DNA from: Erysipelotrichaceae bacterium
GTDB lineage: Bacteria > Bacillota_I > Bacilli_A > Erysipelotrichales > Erysipelotrichaceae
Length of the DNA stretch: 17,615 bases
Assembly (NCBI GenBank): GCA_016302195.1
Contig: JAEDOA010000017.1
Coordinates: forward strand, 1 to 17,615
Direction of reading: 5' to 3'
Both the position numbers and the translations under genes were made by a program. Below the pieces are notes generated by a model. That model was given only the letters and a program-made list of their open reading frames with translations. It was not told where the DNA came from and ran no database searches. Positions 7,395 through 13,208 of this stretch are shown here, piece by piece. The stretch's first letter is position 1. Each line of letters starts with the position of its first letter.

Positions 7395-7432
7395 ATACCG
7401 AGTAGTTTAAACTACTCGGTATTTTGTTGTTT
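7395..7432. terminator. bidirectional rho-independent terminator between the convergent MVP-like gene and the minus-strand nuclease gene
   Basis: Perfect 28-bp inverted repeat ATACCGAGTAGTTT|AAACTACTCGGTAT, followed by TTTTGTTGTTT on the + strand and TTTATTTTATATTATATT on the other side. It overlaps the last 5 codons of CDS 7407-8135. Confidence 0.7.
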
Positions 7433-8135
7433 CTAATAATAAATCTTCAAGACATAAATCATCGTAATAAGTATATGGAATTCTTATTAAAGGAATGTTA
7501 TTATCTTTACAATATTCATTTTTAATTTTATCTTTTTTTGTAACATTTTTTAAATATTCTTCAGTACTCCAACCTCCAGTACTTTTAAAATGTTGGATAC
7601 CATCATATTCAATTAAATATTTATTATTAACATAAAAATCAAATCGTGGAGTGCTATTATTTTCATATTTAAAATTATCAAAAGTTTTTTCTCTTATAAA
7701 AGAAATATTGTTTAAAGTAAGAATATCTTTTATTTTTTCTTCTCCTTTGGATTTTGTAACACATCCACAAGATGTTGTATGGCCATTTCTTAATTTAGTT
7801 CCATCAACAATAAGTCTTGTATGATTTATACAATCACATTCACATTCCCAGTAAATATGGTCAGATTTAATACCTTCTTTTCTTCCATATTCTTTAATTA
7901 CTGTCAAATGATTATATTTTTTTCCCACTTCATTTTTAAAAGAATTATTTCTTTGTTTTCTTAAACATCCACAAGATTTAGTATGACCGCTTCTGAGATA
8001 ATAACCAAAAACAGTAACTTCATTTCCACAATCACATTTGCACTTCCAAAATGTTTTTCCATTTTTACTTTCTGCTCTTTCAATCACTTCTAAAGAACCA
8101 AATCTTTGTCCTGTTAAATCAATTAATTTACTCAT
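7407..8135 (-). CDS. putative homing-endonuclease-like protein, paralog of 4011-4787 (zinc-ribbon repeats plus Vsr-like PD-(D/E)xK domain)
   Basis: RBS GGAGGAAAAAA before the ATG. It shares 'WKCKCDCGNEV...SCGCL', a second repeat 'WECECDCINH...SCGCV', and the C-terminus 'RFDFYVNNKYLIEYDGIQHFK...NNIPLIRIPYT', about 60% identical to the other copy's C-terminal domain. Confidence 0.6.
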   Translation of the reverse strand: MSKLIDLTGQRFGSLEVIERAESKNGKTFWKCKCDCGNEVTVFGYYLRSGHTKSCGCLRKQRNNSFKNEVGKKYNHLTVIKEYGRKEGIKSDHIYWECECDCINHTRLIVDGTKLRNGHTTSCGCVTKSKGEEKIKDILTLNNISFIREKTFDNFKYENNSTPRFDFYVNNKYLIEYDGIQHFKSTGGWSTEEYLKNVTKKDKIKNEYCKDNNIPLIRIPYTYYDDLCLEDLLLETTKYRVV

Positions 8136-8295
8136 TATTTTTTTCCTCCATTATAATATAATTCGCATTTTTGCCTTCTCCTTCTTTTATAACTATAATA
8201 CCTTTTTTCTTTAAACTCTCTTGAGTTCTTTTAAAATTAGTCATTAAAGTAGAAGGTGATTTATTTAATTTTTCGCTTAATTCAAATAATGTCAT
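8128..8295 (-). CDS. small helix-turn-helix DNA-binding protein (about 55 aa), likely a transcriptional regulator co-transcribed with the downstream nuclease gene
   Basis: Preferred start is the ATG at 8295 (MTLFELSEKLNKSPSTLMTNFKRTQESLKKKGIIV...) with AGGAAG 7 nt upstream. The track ORF extension to 8466 overlaps the + strand promoter and is low-complexity. The stop is 2 nt before the start of 7407-8135. Confidence 0.5.
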   Translation of the reverse strand: MTLFELSEKLNKSPSTLMTNFKRTQESLKKKGIIVIKEGEGKNANYIIMEEKNNE

Positions 8296-8321
8296 TTTTT
8301 CACTTCCTTTCATTATTATAT

Positions 8322-8343
8322 AAAAATTGTCGCGACAATTTTT
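8322..8343. promoter_or_regulatory. perfect 22-bp palindrome AAAAATTGTCGCGACAATTTTT, a putative operator
   Basis: Perfect dyad symmetry centred on CGCG. It lies 27 bp upstream of the HTH gene start (minus strand) and between that gene and divergent promoter copy 5. It overlaps the likely -35/spacer of the minus-strand promoter (TATAAT at 8312-8317 on the complement). Confidence 0.5.
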
Positions 8344-8367
8344 TATTAGTTTGTCCAAGTTGCCCCC

Positions 8368-8396
8368 TTTATTTTTTTGAAAAATTATGATATAAT
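8368..8396 (+). promoter_or_regulatory. conserved phage promoter, copy 5
   Basis: TTTATT-TTTTTGAAAAATTATGA-TATAAT followed by (AT)9. Confidence 0.65.
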
Positions 8397-8434
8397 ATAT
8401 ATATATATATGAAATAGAAAAGAGGATAAAAAAT

Positions 8435-8608
8435 ATGAAAAATGTTGGGGCAACAAAAATGCACATTAAAGAAATTCACAAGAAACCTCATTCAGAACCA
8501 AAGAGAGTAAGAAAGAAAGTTGAAACAAAACAAAAGACAAAGAAAATTGGTTTTATTGAATTATTATTGCACTTATTTTTAGGATTGGAGATTGATAATA
8601 ATGAGTAA
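8435..8608 (+). CDS. possible small basic protein (57 aa, Lys-rich), not in the supplied ORF track
   Basis: ATG at 8435 with AAGAGG 8 nt upstream, directly downstream of promoter copy 5. Translation: MKNVGATKMHIKEIHKKPHSEPKRVRKKVETKQKTKKIGFIELLLHLFLGLEIDNNE. Confidence 0.3.
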   Translation: MKNVGATKMHIKEIHKKPHSEPKRVRKKVETKQKTKKIGFIELLLHLFLGLEIDNNE

Positions 8609-8825
8609 AAATCCATTATATGCCAATGAAATAGCAACAGCATATCAGTTTGTTATTGCACACAATACTGATATAAAGTTACAAAATTTTTTACATGATA
8701 TGAGATTTAGAAAAGATTTAATGCATAGCGATAGATGGTCTTTATGCTATGACTTTTTAAAGGAGAATTATCCTGCGGCGACCGACTCAATCGTCACTGG
8801 ACTAGCTTATTATTTGGAGGACTAG
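8601..8825 (+). CDS. hypothetical protein (74 aa)
   Basis: ATG at 8601 with GGAG 10 nt upstream. The track ORF start at 8592 is TTG. Confidence 0.45.
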   Translation: MSKNPLYANEIATAYQFVIAHNTDIKLQNFLHDMRFRKDLMHSDRWSLCYDFLKENYPAATDSIVTGLAYYLED

Positions 8826-8828
8826 ACT

Positions 8829-9014
8829 ATGGGAGAAATTATCGGAATTCCGCCATCAGAATGGGAATATGAGTTCATGGTTGTTAAACCTCGTGAAGAT
8901 GGTAATTTTGATTGGGTAGCAAATTATGAAAATTATCCCGTAAAAATAGAAGATGGATGTGTAATTACTCATAATATAAGAATTGCTCATAAGCAATTGA
9001 AGAAGAATATTTGA
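8829..9014 (+). CDS. hypothetical protein (61 aa)
   Basis: RBS GGAGGA 8 nt upstream of the ATG. The stop overlaps the -35 of promoter copy 6. Confidence 0.45.
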   Translation: MGEIIGIPPSEWEYEFMVVKPREDGNFDWVANYENYPVKIEDGCVITHNIRIAHKQLKKNI

Positions 9015-9039
9015 TTTTTTATAAAAAATATATTATAAT
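9011..9039 (+). promoter_or_regulatory. conserved phage promoter, copy 6, driving the RNA ligase gene
   Basis: TTGATT-TTTTATAAAAAATATAT-TATAAT. Confidence 0.65.
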
Positions 9040-9071
9040 ATTTATATAAAAAGAAAGGAAGTATAAAGAAT

Positions 9072-10310
9072 ATGTTAAACAAACAGGGTACGAGAGAGCT
9101 AGCTTATGTAGTAAAAATAGACAGTATAGAGCCAATACCTGGAAGAGATAGGGTTGAATGTGCTAAAGTTGGCGGCTGGACGATTATGGTTCGCAAGGAC
9201 CAGTTCAAGCCTGGTGACCTGGGTATCTACTTTGAGATTGACTCTAAAGTACCTGCAAAGGAGCCTTTTATGTTCCTTGAGGGTAAGCATTTTAAGATTA
9301 AGACACAAAAGTACAAGACTCCAAATGGTCAGTTCTGGTCACAGGGTTTGCTTATGGCAGCTTCTGATTTTGGCTGGATATATACTGGAGAAGATTTTGT
9401 AACAAATGATAATAAAGTTTTTAGGCTAGGGGATTTCCTTACAAAAGAGCTTGGGATTACATATGCAGACCCTGAAGATAATTCTCGTAAGTCTAAGTCT
9501 TCAGTAGATAAGTATCAGAAGATGGCTCAGAGAATGGGTAAGAAGTTCGCTAAGCAGCCATACAGATGGCTTATGAAGAGAATCTGGGGTAAGAAGTTAC
9601 TTTTCTTCTTCTATGGTGAAAAGAAGGATACTAAGGCGTGGCCTGAGTGGGTAGTAAAGACAGACGAAGAGAGAGTTCAGAATATGCCTTGGATTCTTGA
9701 GGATAAGTCTGAGTGGTTTGCTACTGAGAAGATTGATGGTACTTCAACAACTTTTACAATGAAGGGTTGGGGAAGAAAAAGAGAGTTCTTTATCTGCTCA
9801 AGAAACGTATGTTTCAATACACCTGAGAAGATGGAGGCTGGTGCTTGGTATGACACTAATGTATATCAGGAGATGGGCATTAAGTATAACATTGAGAATG
9901 TACTTGCTACACTTATGGAATACTTTAATAAAATCGGCACTGGCGCAGTTGATTTCGTAACACTTCAGGGTGAAACATATGGTGCTGGTATTCAGAAGAG
10001 AGATTACTCACTTACTGACCACGACTTTATGGCTTTCAATGTAATTATTAAGTATGAGGGTGAGGCTCCTCGTAGATTAAATCCAAGAGAAATGACAGAT
10101 TTACTTGCGGATTATGGAGTACCTTGTGTACCAATCGTAGACGAGCATTTTGTAATGCCAGATACTGTTGATGAATTACTTGCAATTGCAACTGATGCAT
10201 CTAAAGTGGATGGCGGCATGCGTGAAGGACTTGTATTCAGGAGTGTAGATGGTGCAAAGTCATTTAAGGCTGTTTCAAATGAGTTCTTAATGAAGTATCA
10301 TAACGGTTAA
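9072..10310 (+). CDS. ATP-dependent RNA ligase (nucleotidyltransferase superfamily), with an N-terminal OB-like domain (DraRnl/NgrRnl/Rnl5-like architecture)
   Basis: RBS AAAGGAAG. Motif I 'ATEKIDGTSTTF' (KxDG with the lysine adenylylation site) at about residue 220. Downstream 'LQGETYGAG', 'REGLVFRSVDGAKSFKAVS' (motif IV/V-like EGxVxK ...K.K). The N-terminal ~100 aa 'VVKIDSIEPIPGRDRVECAKVGGWTIMVRKDQFKPGDLGIYFEIDS' resembles the extra N-domain of bacterial/phage RNA ligases. Confidence 0.7.
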   Translation: MLNKQGTRELAYVVKIDSIEPIPGRDRVECAKVGGWTIMVRKDQFKPGDLGIYFEIDSKVPAKEPFMFLEGKHFKIKTQKYKTPNGQFWSQGLLMAASDFGWIYTGEDFVTNDNKVFRLGDFLTKELGITYADPEDNSRKSKSSVDKYQKMAQRMGKKFAKQPYRWLMKRIWGKKLLFFFYGEKKDTKAWPEWVVKTDEERVQNMPWILEDKSEWFATEKIDGTSTTFTMKGWGRKREFFICSRNVCFNTPEKMEAGAWYDTNVYQEMGIKYNIENVLATLMEYFNKIGTGAVDFVTLQGETYGAGIQKRDYSLTDHDFMAFNVIIKYEGEAPRRLNPREMTDLLADYGVPCVPIVDEHFVMPDTVDELLAIATDASKVDGGMREGLVFRSVDGAKSFKAVSNEFLMKYHNG

Positions 10311-10403
10311 AATTATATGGTTTCCTAAGATGCCATAGTGTAGGTTGTAATAGGCGGGCTACTATAATATCCCTTCCATATAATCAATTATAAAAGGAGC
10401 ATT

Positions 10404-10649
10404 ATGATAATGAAAAAAATGTATATTGCTATTAACACTATCAATAAAGCAGCTGAATTTGTACAGAAAGCATCTCAAGTAGATGGTGATGTAATATGTA
10501 CTAAAGGTCGATATACTATTGATGGTAAATCAATTATGGGTATTTTTTCGATTGATATTTCAGAAGGTATAATAGTAGAATATCCAGAAACAGCTACCGA
10601 CTTTGAAGAGTATCTATCTCAGTTCAAAGTAAACAAAGTGGGGTTATAA
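10404..10649 (+). CDS. HPr-family phosphocarrier-like protein lacking the catalytic His15 but retaining the Ser46 region (Crh-like)
   Basis: RBS AAAGGAG. It aligns collinearly with HPr: 'VQKASQVDGDV' against 'VQTASKYDADV', and 'DGKSIMGIFSIDISEG' against 'NLKSIMGVMSLGIAKG'. The 'GIHARPA' active-site segment is 'TINKAAE' here (His to Asn, Arg to Ala). Confidence 0.55.
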   Translation: MIMKKMYIAINTINKAAEFVQKASQVDGDVICTKGRYTIDGKSIMGIFSIDISEGIIVEYPETATDFEEYLSQFKVNKVGL

Positions 10650-10657
10650 TACCCTGC

Positions 10658-10686
10658 TTTATTTTTTATAAAAATTATGATATAAT
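10658..10686 (+). promoter_or_regulatory. conserved phage promoter, copy 7, driving the kinase/phosphoesterase operon
   Basis: TTTATT-TTTTATAAAAATTATGA-TATAAT followed by TTATATATAAG. Confidence 0.65.
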
Positions 10687-10735
10687 TTATATATAAGAAA
10701 TAAGAAATACAAAAAATGAAAGAGAGGGATAATTT

Positions 10736-11029
10736 ATGTCTGGTTTTAGTTTAGAAAGTGAGTTTTATTGTTGTAAATGTGGAACAAAAGGAATACCTAT
10801 TGCTCGTAAAAAAGGAAAAGCGCGCGAGGCAGGTCATTTAAAAAAATTATACTGTCTAAAATGTGGTGAAGAAACAAATCATGCAGAATGTAAAGAATTT
10901 ACACATTATAGTAAAGCAGATTTTGAGTTTGAAAGACAGTATGGAAATTTTGATGAGAACCAAAATCGTATTTTAGATTATGGATTATTTAGAAATAAAA
11001 TGCACAATGAAGGAGTTGATTTGCCATGA
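10736..11029 (+). CDS. hypothetical zinc-ribbon protein (two CxxC pairs, 'CCKCG ... CLKCGEE')
   Basis: RBS AGAGAGGG. The stop overlaps the start of the kinase gene (ATGA), implying translational coupling. Confidence 0.5.
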   Translation: MSGFSLESEFYCCKCGTKGIPIARKKGKAREAGHLKKLYCLKCGEETNHAECKEFTHYSKADFEFERQYGNFDENQNRILDYGLFRNKMHNEGVDLP

Positions 11030-11544
11030 GTAAGAAGAAATTATTTGTAATGTGTGGAAATGCAGGATGTGGAAAATCTACTTGGATTCAAAATAATTTA
11101 CACACACTTGAAGGTTATACATCAGTAGTTTCTCGTGACCAGATTAGATTTTTATTTGTACCTGAAGGAGAGGATTACTTTTCAAGAGAGACTGAAGTAT
11201 ATGCTAAATTTATTGATGATATTCAATTTGGTCTTGAAAATGCGGACAATGTTATTGTAGATGCTACACATCTCAACGAAGGTTCCCGTGGTAAGTTACT
11301 TCGCAGAATTGGTCCCGCATTAAAAGGTGTTGAGGTTATTGCAGTAGTTATTAAGGTTCCTCTTAAGGTATCCTTAGACCAGAATGAGAAGAGAAAGGGT
11401 AGCCGCTCATATGTTCCTCGTTCAGTAATTCGTAGAATGTATTATCAGTTTACAATGCCTGCTTTCGAGGAAGGTTTTGATAAAATTTATGTTTACAGTC
11501 CATATAAAGAAGGTGCTAAGTACACTATTTTTGAGAAGGAATAA
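11026..11544 (+). CDS. polynucleotide 5'-kinase (T4 Pnk kinase-domain-like P-loop protein), stand-alone
   Basis: Walker A 'GNAGCGKSTW'. Collinear with the T4 Pnk kinase domain: 'VVSRDQIRF' against 'NINRDDYRQ'; 'VIVDATHLNEGSRGKLLRRI' against 'VIISDTNLNPERRLAWETF'; 'KVSLDQNEKRKGSRSYVPRSVIRRMYYQF' against '[28 protein letters not shown]'. There is no fused phosphatase domain. Confidence 0.75.
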   Translation: MSKKKLFVMCGNAGCGKSTWIQNNLHTLEGYTSVVSRDQIRFLFVPEGEDYFSRETEVYAKFIDDIQFGLENADNVIVDATHLNEGSRGKLLRRIGPALKGVEVIAVVIKVPLKVSLDQNEKRKGSRSYVPRSVIRRMYYQFTMPAFEEGFDKIYVYSPYKEGAKYTIFEKE

Positions 11545-11560
11545 AAGAGAGGTGATATAA

Positions 11561-11743
11561 ATGATATGCCCTGTAATGAGTTTCCAAAAACAATATACTT
11601 ATGAAGTAAATTGTCAAGAAGAAAATTGTGCCTGGTGGAATAAAAATTGCGGCAAGTGCGCTGTTGCAACTTTAGCCGAGAATAGTGAATCGGTAAGCGA
11701 AGCCGCCGCAGGTCAAAGAACAATATTTGTAAGGGAGGTATAA
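11561..11743 (+). CDS. hypothetical small Cys-rich protein (60 aa)
   Basis: RBS AGAGAGGTG 8 nt upstream. 'CQEENCAWWNKNCGKC'. Located between the kinase and phosphoesterase genes. Confidence 0.4.
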   Translation: MICPVMSFQKQYTYEVNCQEENCAWWNKNCGKCAVATLAENSESVSEAAAGQRTIFVREV

Positions 11744-11747
11744 ACTA

Positions 11748-12299
11748 ATGAGTCAAATATGGATAACTTCAGATTGGCATTTTTGTCATTCGCAACCATT
11801 TATTTATGAGCCTAGAGGATTCAAAAATCAATATGAAATGAATGCCGCGATTATTGAAAGACATAACGCTATTGTGCAAGCAGATGATGAAGTCTATGTT
11901 TTAGGAGATTGTATCTTAAATGATAATGAAGAAGGTATTAAATGTATTAAACAGTTAAAAGGACAAATTCATATTATTAGAGGAAATCATTGTACTGATA
12001 CACGAATCGCACTTTATAAGGAATGCTGGAATGTAGTAGAAGTATGTGATGCAAAGTGGTTAAAAATTGGAAAGCAGAGTTTCTTTCTTTCTCATTATCC
12101 TTGTCTTACAGATAATTACAATGATGACAAGCCACTCAGTAGAAAAATTATTTCATTATGTGGTCATGTTCACACATCTGATAAGTGGCATGATTGGGAT
12201 AATGGATTAATATATCATGTGGAGATGGACGCACACGGATGTAAACCTGTTTCCGCAGAACAAATTATAAATGATATAAAGGAGAAAATTAATGGGTAA
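11748..12299 (+). CDS. calcineurin-like metallophosphoesterase, candidate 2',3'-cyclic phosphodiesterase/3'-phosphatase partner of the kinase and ligase
   Basis: RBS AGGGAGG. Motifs 'TSDWHFCH' (DxH), 'VLGDCIL' (GD), 'RGNHC' (GNH), 'CGHVH' (GH.H). The same domain type serves as the phosphatase module of bacterial Pnkp. Confidence 0.65.
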   Translation: MSQIWITSDWHFCHSQPFIYEPRGFKNQYEMNAAIIERHNAIVQADDEVYVLGDCILNDNEEGIKCIKQLKGQIHIIRGNHCTDTRIALYKECWNVVEVCDAKWLKIGKQSFFLSHYPCLTDNYNDDKPLSRKIISLCGHVHTSDKWHDWDNGLIYHVEMDAHGCKPVSAEQIINDIKEKING

Positions 12300-12564
12300 A
12301 AAAGATGTTTCAGGATGGGCTATTGTTGGTGTTATTGCATTTTTTGTTGTAGTGATTATTATTGAGCCTGCCTTATTATTTTGGCTTGGATACTTCAGCG
12401 GCTGGTTAGCAAAACTGGTCATTGGTACTAAATTAGTAACTGCAATTAATATGGTATTTGGTACAGCTTTTACCGCAGATATGCTTCCAATGATTGGCGG
12501 TGCTCTTGGTTGGATTGGAGGTTTCTTCAAATCAATTAGTACTACATCAAACAATAAAAAATAA
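12292..12564 (+). CDS. small membrane protein (two predicted TM helices)
   Basis: RBS AAAGGAGAA. The start overlaps the upstream stop. Hydrophobic stretches 'WAIVGVIAFFVVVIIIEPALLFWLGYF' and 'FGTAFTADMLPMIGGALGWIGGFF'. Confidence 0.5.
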   Translation: MGKKDVSGWAIVGVIAFFVVVIIIEPALLFWLGYFSGWLAKLVIGTKLVTAINMVFGTAFTADMLPMIGGALGWIGGFFKSISTTSNNKK

Positions 12565-12574
12565 TAAATAATAT

Positions 12575-12618
12575 ATACCCAGGTTACCTATATAAGGAAA
12601 CCTGGGTATTTTATTTTT
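12575..12618 (+). terminator. rho-independent terminator
   Basis: 10-bp stem TACCCAGGTT/AACCTGGGTA with a 13-nt loop, followed by TTTTATTTTT. Confidence 0.7.
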
Positions 12619-12677
12619 ACGATGAGGGTGACGGTGCCGAATTTTCCGCGTACCTCTAGGTATTTTTTTTACCAAAT

Positions 12678-12706
12678 TTGACAAATATATTTTTTTTTGG
12701 TATAAT
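12678..12706 (+). promoter_or_regulatory. canonical sigma70-type promoter (second promoter class): TTGACA, 17 bp, TGgTATAAT
   Basis: Exact TTGACA and TATAAT hexamers with an extended -10 TG. It lacks the conserved ATAAAAATTATGA spacer of copies 1-7. Confidence 0.65.
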
Positions 12707-12737
12707 ATAGATAGTAATTGAAAGGAGAAGTTTACAT

Positions 12738-13169
12738 ATGCGTTTTTTAGATAGTGGTACTATAAAAGAGACTGGCTATTCTACAGTTGTAATTGAACAT
12801 AAGGGAAATAAGTATGTGGGCCAGGCTAAATGCCACCCAGACGACACATTCTCTGAATTTACTGGATGTAGATATGCACAAGAAAGAGCTGAAATTAATG
12901 CTTTAAAAGATGAATGGAAACAAAAAAAGCATGACTGTGATGAGTGTAGAAAATACTTAATCGCAGTTTCTCAATATGCAGGTTTCGATAAAGAAAGTTC
13001 TACAGCAAAGGCGATGTTCCGACAGTTGAACCGCCGCATTAAAGAAGTGAATAAATTAGCAGAAATTATTAGTCAAAAACAATTTAATCTTCAAATTGCA
13101 ATTAGACAACAAGATGGTTTTAATAGTAAAATTGAACAAATGAGATTAAATGATAATAAAGAAAATTAA
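12738..13169 (+). CDS. hypothetical protein (143 aa), first gene of the PIN-PhoH operon
   Basis: RBS GAAAGGAGAAG. No family recognised. Confidence 0.5.
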   Translation: MRFLDSGTIKETGYSTVVIEHKGNKYVGQAKCHPDDTFSEFTGCRYAQERAEINALKDEWKQKKHDCDECRKYLIAVSQYAGFDKESSTAKAMFRQLNRRIKEVNKLAEIISQKQFNLQIAIRQQDGFNSKIEQMRLNDNKEN

Positions 13170-13208
13170 AATCTTTTTAGAGAATAAAAACTGAAAGGAA
13201 GGTATAAT

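Noticed and set aside
8296-8466. N-terminal 57-codon extension of the HTH ORF (track start at 8466)
   Set aside because: The extension is Ile/Phe/Tyr low-complexity, overlaps the + strand promoter copy 5 and the palindromic operator, and has no RBS. The internal ATG at 8295 has a good Shine-Dalgarno.
10311-10400. Possible weak promoter (TTGTAA ... TAATAT) and a 5-bp inverted repeat after the ligase gene
   Set aside because: The spacer length is non-canonical and the stem is very short. The HPr-like gene may simply be co-transcribed with the ligase.
301-10686. A repeated ~29-bp element that could be mistaken for a CRISPR array or terminal repeats
   Set aside because: Copies are kilobases apart, all in the same orientation immediately upstream of an RBS and ATG, and have perfect -35/17-bp/-10 geometry. 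They are promoters, not CRISPR repeats.
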